A stretch of 63,313 nt of DNA, counting the filler. It is 3 parts of 3 records of this genome, joined end to end, with 100 filler letters (N's around TTAATTAATTAA, not from the genome) between each part and the next. Parts side by side here need not be neighbours in the genome. Positions count along the whole stretch, not along the records: positions 1 to 30,913 come from SRR22947725_8016; 2 more parts are not named here. The stretch is one strand, 5' to 3'. Position numbers and translations under genes: made by a program. This document shows positions 1 through 10,328 of the stretch, piece by piece; positions within the stretch are counted from its first letter, which is position 1, and each line of letters opens with the position of its first letter. Below the pieces are notes generated by a model. It was given only the letters and a program-made list of their open reading frames with translations. It was not told the origin of the DNA and made no database searches.

Positions 1-619
1 AGCCGCTGCTAAGGCACCTGCCGCTAAAGCACCTGCTGCTAAGGCACCTGCTGCTAAGGCACCTGCTGCAAAGACAGCGGCCGCCAAGCCTGCTGCCGCT
101 GCAGAAAAGAAGGCACCTGCCGCGGCGACAGCTAAGAAGCCCGCAGCACAGAAGGCTCCTGTTGAGAAAGTTGCGCGACCTGGTGTGGTGAAACTCCACC
201 ACCTGCGTCCCGCACCTGGAGCCAAGAAAGCCAAAACCCGCGTGGGTCGTGGTGAAGCGTCCAAGGGTAAGACCGCTGGTCGTGGAACAAAGGGCACCCA
301 GGCCCGTTACCAGGTTCGTCCTGGTTTCGAAGGTGGCCAGTTGACCTCCGTCATGCGCACACCGAAGCTCCGTGGTTTCACGAACCCCTTCCGCGTGGAG
401 TATCAGGTCGTGAACGTCGGTCGTCTGAGTGAGCTCTACCCCAAAGGTGGAGACGTCACGATTGATGATTTGGTGGCTAAGGGGGCTGTTCGCAAGAACG
501 AAAAGGTCAAGGTATTGGCGGATGGCGACCTCAGCGTTGCTCTCACGGTGAGTGTCGACAAAGTGTCGAAGCAAGCCGCAGAGAAAATCGCTAAAGCCGG
601 CGGTTCCGTCAAAGAGTAA
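1..619 (+). CDS. rplO: 50S ribosomal protein L15 (5'-truncated by window edge; Ala/Lys/Pro-rich N-terminal extension)
   Basis: L15 motifs [28 protein letters not shown] and GFEGGQ; the frame stays open upstream of 185 to the window start and encodes AAKAP repeats. Confidence 0.96.
   Translation, partial: AAAKAPAAKAPAAKAPAAKAPAAKTAAAKPAAAAEKKAPAAATAKKPAAQKAPVEKVARPGVVKLHHLRPAPGAKKAKTRVGRGEASKGKTAGRGTKGTQARYQVRPGFEGGQLTSVMRTPKLRGFTNPFRVEYQVVNVGRLSELYPKGGDVTIDDLVAKGAVRKNEKVKVLADGDLSVALTVSVDKVSKQAAEKIAKAGGSVKE
2..73 (+). repeat. 15-bp coding tandem repeat GCTGCTAAGGCACCT (AAKAP)n, about 4.5 copies
   Basis: Directly visible repeats, in frame with rplO. Confidence 0.85.
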
Positions 620-720
620 GCGTTTCCCCCGGTGGGGCAGCGGTTAGCGCTTTTCCACCGGGTCCGCTGAGGCAGTAAGCTCAAACCCACGTGCCAGTAG
701 GCACGGTGCAGGAGGATGAT

Positions 721-2043
721 GTGATCGGTTCCATAGGGAGAATCTTCAAGACTCCCGATCTGAGGCGAAAAGTTCTCTTTACGCTGGCCATCATCGGTCT
801 TTTCCGTCTGGGCTCCTTTATCCCCGCCCCGTTTGTTGATTACCGCAACGTTCAACAGTGTCTTGCCGGAACGGGTAACACTGCTGGCCTGTATGAGCTG
901 ATTAACCTCTTCAGTGGTGGCGCACTTCTTCAGCTGTCAATTTTTGCGCTGGGAATCATGCCCTACATCACGGCGTCAATTATTACCCAGCTGCTTCGCG
1001 TTGTGATTCCTCACTTCGAAGCCCTCCATAAAGAAGGCCAGGCAGGCCAGAGCAAACTCACTCAGTACACCCGCTACCTCACCATTGGGTTGGCACTTCT
1101 CCAGTCGACCACCTTGATTACTGTGGCGCGAAGCGGTGCGATGTTCGGTAACTCCGGAGGTCCTGCGTGTAACCAACTTTTAGCTAACGATGCCTGGTAC
1201 GCCATCATTCTGATGGTTATCACCATGACGGCTGGAACGGGCCTCATTATGTGGCTCGGCGAAATGATCACCGAACGCGGTGTGGGCAATGGGATGTCGC
1301 TATTGATCTTCGTGTCCATCGCTGCTGTCTTCCCCTCGTCCTTGTGGGCTATCGCCCAGTCCAACGGTTCCACCATCTTCGTGATTGTGATCGCTGTGGG
1401 AATTGTCATCATGGGCCTCGTCGTCTTTGTGGAGCAGTCGCAGCGTCGGGTGCCCGTCCAATATGCGAAGCGCATGGTGGGCCGCCGCACCTACGGCGGA
1501 ACGAACACCTACATCCCCATCAAGGTCAACATGGCCGGTGTTATTCCCGTCATCTTCGCCTCGTCACTGCTGTATCTGCCTGCCTTGTTGGCACAGTTCA
1601 ACACCACCAGTGCTGATGGGACAACCTCGGCATGGGTTGTCTGGATTCAGAACAACCTCACCTCCGGTGACAACCCGCTCTATATGGCGGTCTATTTCCT
1701 TCTGATTGTTGGCTTTACCTACTTCTACGTGGCTATCATCTTCAACCCCGAAGAAGTGGCCGACAATATGAAGCGCTACGGCGGCTTCATTCCTGGTATC
1801 CGAGCGGGACGCCCCACGGCGGAGTATCTCGATTACGTGTTGACCAGAATTACGCTCCCTGGCTCGCTCTATCTCGGTCTTGTTGCGCTGATTCCTTTGG
1901 TGGCCTTGGCCACGGTGAACGCCAATCAAAACTTCCCCTTCGGCGGTGCGAGTATTTTGATCATCGTGGGTGTGGGGCTGGATACGGTGAAGCAAATCGA
2001 TGCGCAGCTCCAACAGCGTCACTATGAGGGCTTGCTCAAGTGA
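721..2043 (+). CDS. secY: Preprotein translocase subunit SecY
   Basis: SIFALGIMPYITASII, GNGMSLLIF and FIPGIRAG motifs; GTG at 721 is preceded by AGGAGGA. Confidence 0.97.
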   Translation: MIGSIGRIFKTPDLRRKVLFTLAIIGLFRLGSFIPAPFVDYRNVQQCLAGTGNTAGLYELINLFSGGALLQLSIFALGIMPYITASIITQLLRVVIPHFEALHKEGQAGQSKLTQYTRYLTIGLALLQSTTLITVARSGAMFGNSGGPACNQLLANDAWYAIILMVITMTAGTGLIMWLGEMITERGVGNGMSLLIFVSIAAVFPSSLWAIAQSNGSTIFVIVIAVGIVIMGLVVFVEQSQRRVPVQYAKRMVGRRTYGGTNTYIPIKVNMAGVIPVIFASSLLYLPALLAQFNTTSADGTTSAWVVWIQNNLTSGDNPLYMAVYFLLIVGFTYFYVAIIFNPEEVADNMKRYGGFIPGIRAGRPTAEYLDYVLTRITLPGSLYLGLVALIPLVALATVNANQNFPFGGASILIIVGVGLDTVKQIDAQLQQRHYEGLLK

Positions 2044-2633
2044 CCTCCGGCACCCGACTTCTCCTGATTGGCCCACCGGGCGCGGGGAAGGGAACTCAGG
2101 CGTTGGAGCTCTCGAAAGCTTTTGGTGTCCCAGCGATTTCGACCGGAGATATTTTCCGCCACAACGTCAAGAACGAAACACCACTGGGGCTTCAGGCCAA
2201 AGCGTTTATGGACGCCGGGGACAATGTCCCCGATTCCCTCACCAATGATTTGATCACAGACCGATTAGCGGACCCGGATTGTGGTGGTGGGTTTCTCTTA
2301 GATGGTTATCCCCGCACGCCAGATCAGGTTCGGCACCTCGACGACTTTCTCGCCACTCATGACACCGCGTTGGATGTCGTCGTCCAGCTGGTCGCAGACC
2401 CCGATGTCGTGGTGGAGCGTCTTCGTTTACGCGCCATCGATCAGGGCAGAAGCGATGATGACGAAAGCGTTGTTCGCCACCGCCTTCAGGTGTATCAAGA
2501 GCAGACAGCGCCTCTGATTGATATTTTTACCAGCCGGGGCCTGGTCGCGCCGATTGATGGAATTGGTGACATCACGGAGGTCACTCATCGGATTATGGCT
2601 GCGCTGACGGCTCGGAGAATTACCCCGTCCTAA
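2040..2633 (+). CDS. adk: Adenylate kinase (short-LID type)
   Basis: GPPGAGKGT P-loop, LLDGYPRT; directly follows secY. Confidence 0.97.
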   Translation: MTSGTRLLLIGPPGAGKGTQALELSKAFGVPAISTGDIFRHNVKNETPLGLQAKAFMDAGDNVPDSLTNDLITDRLADPDCGGGFLLDGYPRTPDQVRHLDDFLATHDTALDVVVQLVADPDVVVERLRLRAIDQGRSDDDESVVRHRLQVYQEQTAPLIDIFTSRGLVAPIDGIGDITEVTHRIMAALTARRITPS

Positions 2634-2764
2634 CTTCGTGATCTGGGACTTGTGCCTGGGGAAAAGCGGGTCTAGGATAGGACTTTGGTGTCAAAAAGGC
2701 TTTTACGGTTTTTCTGCCCACAACGCATGACCAGTGCACATTCGCTACAACAAGACATGAGGCT

Positions 2765-2986
2765 ATGGCCAACAAAGACGGCGTCATTGAAATCGAAGGC
2801 TCGGTAGTCGAAGCCCTTCCCAATGCAATGTTCCGTGTGGAGTTGACCAACGGTCACAAGGTTCTTGCCCACATTTCGGGGAAAATGCGTCAGCATTACA
2901 TCCGGATTTTGCCTGAAGACAAGGTAATCGTGGAGCTCAGTCCTTATGATCTCAGCCGGGGTCGCATCGTCTACCGTTACAAATAG
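2765..2986 (+). CDS. infA: Translation initiation factor IF-1
   Basis: [27 protein letters not shown]. Confidence 0.98.
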   Translation: MANKDGVIEIEGSVVEALPNAMFRVELTNGHKVLAHISGKMRQHYIRILPEDKVIVELSPYDLSRGRIVYRYK

Positions 2987-3051
2987 GCACTGGGTAAGGA
3001 ACGGCCCGGGGATCCACTCGGGCACGAGGCCAGCGATATAAAGGAAAAAAC

Positions 3052-3165
3052 ATGAAGGTCAGCGCCAGTGTTAAGACCATGTGCGACAAGTGCAAAGTCA
3101 TTCGTCGCCATGGAAAAGTAATGGTGATTTGCGAAAATCCCCGTCACAAGCAGCGTCAAGGCTAA
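3052..3165 (+). CDS. rpmJ: 50S ribosomal protein L36 (Zn-binding C+ type; too short for the ORF track)
   Basis: Manual translation [45 protein letters not shown] upstream. Confidence 0.97.
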   Translation: MKVSASVKTMCDKCKVIRRHGKVMVICENPRHKQRQG

Positions 3166-3182
3166 TAACTCAACACACCACC

Positions 3183-3259
3183 AGCAGGATCGAGATTCCG
3201 TCTTGGACGGAGGACTCCTCGGGGAGAGGCCCGAGCACAGATTCTGCTCCACACCTCTC
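3183..3259 (+). promoter_or_regulatory. Putative structured ribosomal-protein leader upstream of rpsM
   Basis: Stem AGCAGGATC/GATTCTGCT encloses two hairpins; loop GAGAGG is complementary to downstream CCTCTC. Confidence 0.5.
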
Positions 3260-3279
3260 ACAGCACCAGGAGAAATGAC

Positions 3280-3654
3280 ATGGCACGTCTTGCCGGAGTC
3301 GATATTCCCCGCGACAAGCGGGTCGAAATCGCCCTTACCTACATCTATGGAGTCGGTCGCACCCGCTCGAAGCAATCGCTAGAGGCCACCGGGATCGACC
3401 CCAGCATTCGCGTCAAAGATTTGACCGATGACCAGCTGTTGAAGCTGCGCGAACACATCGAAGGAATGTTCAAGGTTGAGGGTGACCTGCGCCGTGAAGT
3501 GACCGCTGATATTCGCCGCAAGGTGGAAATTGGTAGCTACCAAGGAATCCGCCACCGCCGTGGACTCCCCGTGAGAGGTCAGCGCACGAAGACCAACGCT
3601 CGCACCCGCAAAGGCCCCAAGCGCACTGTGGCCGGCAAGAAGAAGGCCGCGTAG
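3280..3654 (+). CDS. rpsM: 30S ribosomal protein S13
   Basis: [28 protein letters not shown]. Confidence 0.98.
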   Translation: MARLAGVDIPRDKRVEIALTYIYGVGRTRSKQSLEATGIDPSIRVKDLTDDQLLKLREHIEGMFKVEGDLRREVTADIRRKVEIGSYQGIRHRRGLPVRGQRTKTNARTRKGPKRTVAGKKKAA

Positions 3655-3699
3655 GCCTCGCTCGTCCACCCCTCAGACTAAGAATCACGGAGAAAAATC

Positions 3700-4098
3700 A
3701 TGGCAGCACCTAAAGCGTCCGTCCGGAAGCCCAGGCGGAAGACCAAGAAGAGCATTGCTGTGGGCCAGGCTCACATCAAGTCCACCTTCAACAACACCAT
3801 CGTCTCGATCACGGATCCTTCGGGCGCCGTTATCTCGTGGGCGTCTTCTGGTGGAGTGGGATTCAAAGGCTCACGTAAGTCAACCCCTTATGCTGCACAG
3901 CTGGCTGCGGAATCTGCTGCCCGCCAGGCACAGGAGCACGGCATGAAGAAGGTTGAAGTTTTCGTCAAGGGACCGGGCTCCGGTCGCGAGACAGCGATTC
4001 GTTCACTCCAGGCCGCAGGCCTGGAGGTGGGCTCGATTACCGATGTGACGCCTCAGGCTCACAACGGTTGCCGTCCGCCCAAGCGTCGTCGCGTGTAG
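3700..4098 (+). CDS. rpsK: 30S ribosomal protein S11
   Basis: [44 protein letters not shown]. Confidence 0.98.
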   Translation: MAAPKASVRKPRRKTKKSIAVGQAHIKSTFNNTIVSITDPSGAVISWASSGGVGFKGSRKSTPYAAQLAAESAARQAQEHGMKKVEVFVKGPGSGRETAIRSLQAAGLEVGSITDVTPQAHNGCRPPKRRRV

Positions 4099-4222
4099 TT
4101 AGGAGCTGGTTCTGGTTTTCCAGGACTCAGCCCCACCCCTCCATAACCCCATAGTTAGTACGGCCCAGGCCGGCCCTCAACCAAGTGTCATATAGCGGAC
4201 ACTTAGCCGAAAGGAAACACCA

Positions 4223-5215
4223 GTGCTCATTGCACAGCGCCCCACTCTGACAGAAGAAACCCTCTCCGATTTCCGCTCAGCCTTCGTGATTGAGCCCCTT
4301 GAGCCAGGCTTTGGTTACACGTTGGGTAACTCCATGCGTCGCACCCTGCTTTCCTCGATCCCCGGCGCTGCCGTGACTAGCATTCGTATTGATGGCGTGC
4401 TGCACGAGTTCTCCACTGTGGAGGGCGTGAAAGAGGACGTCACCGAGATCATCTTGAACATCAAGAACCTCGTTGTCTCCAGCGAGCACGATGAGCCCAT
4501 CACCGCCTACCTGCGTAAGACCGGGTCTGGCGCTGTGACGGCCGCTGACATTCAGGCACCCGCCGGTGTTGAGGTTCATAACCCCGAACTTCACATCGCA
4601 ACCTTGAATGACAAGGCAAGCTTCGAACTTGAGCTCACCATTGAGCGCGGTCGTGGGTATGTCTCCTCTGTTCAGAACCGCAACGAGTATGCCGAAGCCG
4701 GCCAGATTCCGATCGACTCGATCTATTCACCCGTGTTGAAGGTGACCTACCGCGTCGAGGCAACTCGTGCCGGTGAGCGCACTGACTTCGACCGTCTTGT
4801 GGTGGATGTGGAAACTAAGCCTTCGATGAGCCCTCGCGATGCGGTAGCTTCCTCCGGTCGCACTCTTGTCGAGCTCTTTGGCCTCGCCCGCGACTTGAAC
4901 GCAGAAGCTGAAGGTATCGAAATTGGCCCAGCGCCGGTGGAGGTTGTTCTCTCCAGCGAAATGGCTATGCCCATCGAGAGCCTTGACCTCACGGTTCGCA
5001 GCTACAACTGCCTGAAGCGTGAAGGTATCAACAACGTGAGCGAATTGGTTGCTCTCTCCGAGCACCAGCTGATGAACATTCGTAACTTCGGTCAGAAGTC
5101 TGTGGATGAAGTTCGCGACAAGCTCATCGAAATGGGCCTCTCGCTCAAAGACCCGATCCCCGGCTTTGATGGTTCCGCTTTTTACAGCGGGCTTGAAGAA
5201 GGCGAAGAGTACTAA
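4223..5215 (+). CDS. rpoA: DNA-directed RNA polymerase subunit alpha
   Basis: [25 protein letters not shown]; alpha-[17 protein letters not shown]. Confidence 0.98.
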   Translation: MLIAQRPTLTEETLSDFRSAFVIEPLEPGFGYTLGNSMRRTLLSSIPGAAVTSIRIDGVLHEFSTVEGVKEDVTEIILNIKNLVVSSEHDEPITAYLRKTGSGAVTAADIQAPAGVEVHNPELHIATLNDKASFELELTIERGRGYVSSVQNRNEYAEAGQIPIDSIYSPVLKVTYRVEATRAGERTDFDRLVVDVETKPSMSPRDAVASSGRTLVELFGLARDLNAEAEGIEIGPAPVEVVLSSEMAMPIESLDLTVRSYNCLKREGINNVSELVALSEHQLMNIRNFGQKSVDEVRDKLIEMGLSLKDPIPGFDGSAFYSGLEEGEEY

Positions 5216-5272
5216 ATCCCAGTGGGGACTCCCCGCTGAATAGCCCTGTGAAAGACGGAAGAGAACACAACA

Positions 5273-5893
5273 ATGCCTAAGCCCACTAAAGGACCCCGCC
5301 TCGGAGGTGGACCTGCCCACGAGCGTTTGATGTTGGCGAACCTTGCCACTGCTTTGTTCACCCACGGTCGCATTCAGACCACGGAGACCCGAGCAAAGCG
5401 TTTGCGCCCCCTCGCCGAGAGGTTGGTGACCTTTGCAAAGCGCGGTGACCTTCACGCTCGTCGTCGGGTGATGACGATCATTCGCGACAAGTCTGCGGTG
5501 CACAAGTTGTTCATGGAGATTGCTCCTCAGGTCGACAAGCGTGAAGGCGGTTACACCCGCATCATCAAGACCGGTTACCGCAAGGGCGACAACGCCTCCA
5601 TGGCCGTCATCGAGCTGGTTTTGGAGCCCGTGAACCCCAAGCCCAAGACCAAGAAGGCAAAGCCTGAGGTAGCGAAGGCTGCTCCTGCTGCGCAGGTCGT
5701 TGAAGAAGTGACCGAGGTTGTGGAAGACACCACCGCTCCCGAAGCAACAGAGGCAACGGAATCTGTCGAGGTAGTCGCAGATGCACCCGAGGAAGCTGCC
5801 CCTGAAGAGGCCCCAGCGGAAGAGGTTGCTGTGGAAGAAGCTGCTGCACCTGCTGAAGAGGCCTTGGAAGAGGCTGCCGAAGAAGCAAAATAG
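5273..5893 (+). CDS. rplQ: 50S ribosomal protein L17 with acidic C-terminal extension
   Basis: [26 protein letters not shown], followed by an E/A-rich tail. Confidence 0.97.
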   Translation: MPKPTKGPRLGGGPAHERLMLANLATALFTHGRIQTTETRAKRLRPLAERLVTFAKRGDLHARRRVMTIIRDKSAVHKLFMEIAPQVDKREGGYTRIIKTGYRKGDNASMAVIELVLEPVNPKPKTKKAKPEVAKAAPAAQVVEEVTEVVEDTTAPEATEATESVEVVADAPEEAAPEEAPAEEVAVEEAAAPAEEALEEAAEEAK

Positions 5894-5900
5894 AGCGTCA

Positions 5901-5939
5901 CTGAAGCACCCAGTCTCCGGGCTGGGTGCTTCAGTTTTT
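5901..5939 (+). terminator. Rho-independent terminator after rplQ
   Basis: CTGAAGCACCCAG-loop-CTGGGTGCTTCAG followed by TTTTT. Confidence 0.85.
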
Positions 5940-5995
5940 CCCGAGAGCCACATAGCTTTCGGTAGCCCTCGCGTGAACTGTTTACACTGGCATTC

Positions 5996-6829
5996 GTGAC
6001 TACCCGATTGCGAATTCACTGTGCCTACCTGGGCACGGAGTATTCGGGTTGGGCAAAACAGACCCGCCTCACCACTATTCAAGGTGAGCTGGAGCACGCA
6101 CTGGCAACGGTGTTGCGGGTTTCTCGGAAAGAGATTTCCACGATTGTTGCCGGACGTACCGATTCGGGAGTTCACGCCATCGGCCAGGTCGCCCATGCGG
6201 AGCTGGCCGATTCTGTCGTGCTGACCCCCTCAGCGTTGGCCTTGTTAGCCAAGCGGGTCAACGGGGCATTGCGCACCGACGCCATCGTTGTCCATTCGAT
6301 CGATAAAGCCCCCGAAGGCTTCAACGCACGCTTTTCTGCCCTGGCGAGGCATTACGAGTATCGGCTTGCCGACCGCAGGGCGCAGAAAAACCCCCTCAAG
6401 CGAGACGTCACCGCTGTGACGGCCTATGACTTGGATGTTGCGGCAATGAGCGACGCCGCTCAGGCATTGCTGGGGCTTCATGATTTTCAGGCTTTTTGTC
6501 GGCCCCGGGCTGGTGCCACGACTATTCGCACTCTCCAGCGCTTCGACTGGGAGCGAGATAGCGAGGGGGTGTTGGTGGCACAGCTTTCTGCCGATGCTTT
6601 TTGCCATTCCATGATTCGGTCCTTGGTGGGTTCTTGTGTCGCGGTGGGGCGGGGAACAATGACCATCCCCGGTGTCCTCGCTGCTCGCACAAAAGGCAAA
6701 AGAACCAGCGAGTGGGTGACCATGCCAGCCAAGGGTTTGACTCTGGTATCAGTCACGTATCCCCCTGATGATGAACTGTGGGGCAGGGCCGAAGGGACTC
6801 GCCAGCGAAGAGGTATTCCCGCGGATTGA
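5996..6829 (+). CDS. truA: tRNA pseudouridine(38-40) synthase TruA
   Basis: AGRTDSGVHA catalytic motif, FNARFSA, AFCHSMIRSLVG. Confidence 0.95.
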   Translation: MTTRLRIHCAYLGTEYSGWAKQTRLTTIQGELEHALATVLRVSRKEISTIVAGRTDSGVHAIGQVAHAELADSVVLTPSALALLAKRVNGALRTDAIVVHSIDKAPEGFNARFSALARHYEYRLADRRAQKNPLKRDVTAVTAYDLDVAAMSDAAQALLGLHDFQAFCRPRAGATTIRTLQRFDWERDSEGVLVAQLSADAFCHSMIRSLVGSCVAVGRGTMTIPGVLAARTKGKRTSEWVTMPAKGLTLVSVTYPPDDELWGRAEGTRQRRGIPAD

Positions 6830-6854
6830 CCGGCCCCAGAATCTGCTCTAAGGT
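6826..6854 (+). promoter_or_regulatory. Putative housekeeping promoter of rplM-rpsI
   Basis: TTGACC-N17-TAAGGT. Confidence 0.55.
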
Positions 6855-6972
6855 AGGAAGTTGGTGCCAATCGCCGATTGTGTACCAGGTTGAGCCCTCC
6901 ACCGGGAGGTTCTGATACAGAACACCCACGGAGCGGGATTCACGAACACCTCGAACCGCAAAGGAATGTCGC

Positions 6973-7419
6973 ATGACGCGCACCTTTTCACCCAAGCCGG
7001 CTGATGTTCAGCGCGAGTGGCTCATCATTGATGCCACGAACGTTGTTCTGGGCCGCCTCGCTTCCCACACCGCAGCCTTGCTGCGTGGAAAGCACAAGCC
7101 CACTTTCGCGCCCCACATGGACATGGGTGACCACGTCATCATTGTGAACGCCGACAAGGTGGTTTTGACCGGTTCCAAGCTGACCCAAAAGGTGGCGTAT
7201 CGCCACTCGGGTTATCCCGGCGGCCTCACCGGAGTGACCTACGACAAGCTGATGGAGACGAACCCCATTCGGGCCGTGGAAAAAGCTATTCGCGGCATGT
7301 TGCCCAAGAACACGTTGGGTCGCGACCAGATGGCCAAGCTCAAGGTTTACACCGGCGACACCCACCCTCACCAGGCTCAGATGCCTAAGCCCTACTCTCT
7401 TGACCAGATCGCGCAGTAG
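6973..7419 (+). CDS. rplM: 50S ribosomal protein L13
   Basis: [33 protein letters not shown]. Confidence 0.98.
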   Translation: MTRTFSPKPADVQREWLIIDATNVVLGRLASHTAALLRGKHKPTFAPHMDMGDHVIIVNADKVVLTGSKLTQKVAYRHSGYPGGLTGVTYDKLMETNPIRAVEKAIRGMLPKNTLGRDQMAKLKVYTGDTHPHQAQMPKPYSLDQIAQ

Positions 7420-7442
7420 CGCAGAAGCTAAGGACACACATC

Positions 7443-7949
7443 GTGGCTAACTCAGAAGAAACACAAGACTCCGCTGTGGAAGCAGAAGCTCCCACCTCAT
7501 TCAGCACCGAAACGCCGGTCACGGCTGAGGTTGCCGAAAAGAAGCCTCGCAAGCCACTCACCGTTGGTGGGCACGCTGTGGGCCGTCGCAAGCAAGCGAT
7601 CGCCCGCGTGCGCCTGGTTCCAGGTTCTGGCTCCTACACCGTGAACGGTCGCACCCTTGAAGAGTACTTCCCGAACAAGCTTCACCAGCAGCTCATCAAT
7701 GACCCGTTTACGATCTTGGAGCTCGGTGGCAGCTATGACGTCATTGCCCGCATTACTGGTGGCGGACCCTCCGGTCAGGCTGGCGCGTTACGTTTGGGCA
7801 TTGCTCGTTCCTTGAACCAGATTGATGAAGAAAACAACCGCGCCACACTCAAGAAGTCTGGCTTCCTGTCACGGGATGCCCGCGTGAAAGAGCGTAAGAA
7901 GGCCGGTCTCAAGAAGGCTCGTAAGGCTCCTCAGTACTCGAAGCGTTAA
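7443..7949 (+). CDS. rpsI: 30S ribosomal protein S9
   Basis: [32 protein letters not shown]. Confidence 0.98.
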   Translation: MANSEETQDSAVEAEAPTSFSTETPVTAEVAEKKPRKPLTVGGHAVGRRKQAIARVRLVPGSGSYTVNGRTLEEYFPNKLHQQLINDPFTILELGGSYDVIARITGGGPSGQAGALRLGIARSLNQIDEENNRATLKKSGFLSRDARVKERKKAGLKKARKAPQYSKR

Positions 7950-7964
7950 TCGGCCCCCCACCAC

Positions 7965-9329
7965 ATGGGTCGCATTTTTGGCACCGACGGGGTCCGGGGG
8001 CTCGCAAACCGCGAGCTCACGGCAGATATGGTCGTGCGCCTGTGTCAAAGTGCGGCTTTGGTGCTCACTAAGGGTCGTCACGCTGACGAGCTCAAGGCTG
8101 AAGGCCGCCGACCTAGGGCGGTCATGGCGAGAGACCCCAGAATTTCTGGCGAGTTTCTCGGCGCAGCGGTTGCTGCGGGACTCGCAAGCTCCGGAATCGA
8201 TGTTTACGACGCGGGCGTCATTCCCACGCCGGCGGCAGCCTTTTTGGTGCGAGAAGGTGGCTTTGACTTTGGGGTGATGGTTTCGGCTTCCCACAACCCC
8301 GCCCCCGATAACGGAATCAAGTTCTTCTCCTACGGGGGCACCAAGCTTCCCGATGAGGTTGAAGACCGAATCGAAGAAATGATGCACGAGCCTGCCCTCG
8401 CCCCCACCGGCGGTGATGTGGGACGAATCCAACGCTTTGCTGATGCTGAAGACCGCTATGTCCTGCATCTGCTCCAGACACTTGACCAAGACCTCGGAGG
8501 GCTCCACATCGTGCTGGACTGCGCCAACGGTGCCGCCTCGGGAATTGCCCCGCGAGTCTTTGAAACAGCGGGCGCCACCGTCACGGTGATGGGAAACGAT
8601 CCGGACGGCCTGAACATTAATGAGGGTTGTGGCTCGACCCACTTAGAGAAGTTGCAGGAGAAAGTTCTTGAGGTAGGGGCCGATTTCGGAATCGCCCATG
8701 ACGGGGACGCCGACCGCGCTCTCGCTGTTGATCACGCGGGCCGGGTGGTCGATGGAGATCAGATCATGACGATTCTTGCTATTTCCATGAAGGAGGCAGG
8801 AACACTCGCTGGGGATACTTTGGTCACCACGGTGATGTCGAATATGGGACTTCGCGTTGCGATGTCTCGGCAAGGCATCACGGTGAAAGAAACCGCTGTT
8901 GGAGATCGGTATGTGCTCGAAGAACTTGATCGAAGCGGCGGAAGCCTCGGTGGAGAACAATCTGGTCACGTCATCCTCACGGAGCATTCGACCACGGGGG
9001 ATGGGATACTCACAGGTCTCCATCTGGCCCGGGAAGTCCATCGGACAGGTCGCTCCTTGGCGGAGCTGGCAGATCAGATTGAAATCTTCCCTCAGGTGCT
9101 TGTGAATGTTTCTGGCGTGGATCGCTCTGCTTTCGCTACCCACCCGATCGTGCATGCGGCTATTGCTGCTGCTGCGCAAGAACTGGGCGATTCAGGCCGC
9201 GTGATGGTTCGTCCTTCGGGGACAGAGGCCTTGATTCGGGTCATGGTGGAAGCCAGTGATGTTGCCACCGCCGAGCGGATAGCGGAATCGGTGGCAGGGG
9301 TTATTTCGAAAGAACTCGCCCTGGCCTAG
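7965..9329 (+). CDS. glmM: Phosphoglucosamine mutase
   Basis: [27 protein letters not shown]. Confidence 0.96.
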   Translation: MGRIFGTDGVRGLANRELTADMVVRLCQSAALVLTKGRHADELKAEGRRPRAVMARDPRISGEFLGAAVAAGLASSGIDVYDAGVIPTPAAAFLVREGGFDFGVMVSASHNPAPDNGIKFFSYGGTKLPDEVEDRIEEMMHEPALAPTGGDVGRIQRFADAEDRYVLHLLQTLDQDLGGLHIVLDCANGAASGIAPRVFETAGATVTVMGNDPDGLNINEGCGSTHLEKLQEKVLEVGADFGIAHDGDADRALAVDHAGRVVDGDQIMTILAISMKEAGTLAGDTLVTTVMSNMGLRVAMSRQGITVKETAVGDRYVLEELDRSGGSLGGEQSGHVILTEHSTTGDGILTGLHLAREVHRTGRSLAELADQIEIFPQVLVNVSGVDRSAFATHPIVHAAIAAAAQELGDSGRVMVRPSGTEALIRVMVEASDVATAERIAESVAGVISKELALA

Positions 9330-10273
9330 GTTTTTCTCAACAGCACCGTGTTGATCCGGTGATCTGACTCCTTGCGCAAGATGAGGGATGCCCGGGGCCT
9401 GGTGGGCAAAATGTTTTCGGTGAGGTTTGGTTCGTTGATTTCTCGCCAAATGCGCCGAGCCTCTTCTCTCGCTTGCGGTTCTGCCAAAACGGCATACTTG
9501 TGGAAGTAGCTTCGGGGGTCGCTGAAGGCGCCCTGCTGAAGCTCGACGAAGCGCTCCTCATACCATCGGGCGATATCTCCGGTTCTCGCGTCGACATAAA
9601 TTCCGAAGTCGAACAGGTCGCTAATGGCGAGTGCCGAATTTGTGGCCGGGGGAGCAAGAACGTTGAGGCCTTCGACAATCACAATGTCGGGGGACTCAAT
9701 CTGCAACGTTTCACCTTCGACGCGGTCATAGAAGAGGTGGGAATAGACCGGCGCGCCGACGGGCGAGACGCCACTTTTGAGCTGAGAGACGAACCGCAGG
9801 AGGGCTCGCCGATCGTAGCTTTCGGGGAATCCTTTGCGCGCCAGCAGCCCACCCTTGGTGAGCTCTTTGAGCGGCAAAAGGAAACCATCGGTGGCAATCA
9901 GCGCCACCTTCGGGGTGTCGGGGTTTCTCGAGAGCAGTTCGGCCAGCACCCTCGACGTGGTCGATTTACCCACCGCAACACTGCCGGCGACCCCAATGAT
10001 GAAGGGGGTGTGGGACATGTTCTCGCCCAGAAACGTCCGGGTGATGGAGTGGACATGCCTGGCACCCTCGGCGTAGAGGGAAAGAAGCCTGGCGAGGGGT
10101 TGATAGACCTCCAACACCTCTTTGGCATCCAGCATGTCCCCCACTGAGCGCACCCGTGCAAGCTCGGCTTCTGAGAGAGGCAGGGGCGCACCAGGTGCTA
10201 ATTCAGCCCAAGTTTTCCGGTCGTATTCGACGAAGGGGCTGCCGTTTTCCTGCGTGAGCCCCTCGGATGCCAT
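9326..10273 (-). CDS. coaA: Type I pantothenate kinase
   Basis: [32 protein letters not shown]; start placed at ATG 10273. Confidence 0.95.
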   Translation of the reverse strand: MASEGLTQENGSPFVEYDRKTWAELAPGAPLPLSEAELARVRSVGDMLDAKEVLEVYQPLARLLSLYAEGARHVHSITRTFLGENMSHTPFIIGVAGSVAVGKSTTSRVLAELLSRNPDTPKVALIATDGFLLPLKELTKGGLLARKGFPESYDRRALLRFVSQLKSGVSPVGAPVYSHLFYDRVEGETLQIESPDIVIVEGLNVLAPPATNSALAISDLFDFGIYVDARTGDIARWYEERFVELQQGAFSDPRSYFHKYAVLAEPQAREEARRIWREINEPNLTENILPTRPRASLILRKESDHRINTVLLRKT

Positions 10274-10328
10274 AGGGATAAGAGTAGTGCGCCTGGTCCC
10301 TGAGGGCCCATCGCCTAGACTCAATGAC

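Noticed and set aside
4727-6196. 489-aa antisense ORF, and many similar shadow ORFs throughout
   Set aside because: Antisense to rpoA/rplQ/truA; expected in GC-rich coding DNA
10122-10328. N-terminal extension of GlmS or a glmS ribozyme
   Set aside because: GlmS needs an N-terminal Cys (start at 10329); the upstream region is coaA coding sequence on the other strand
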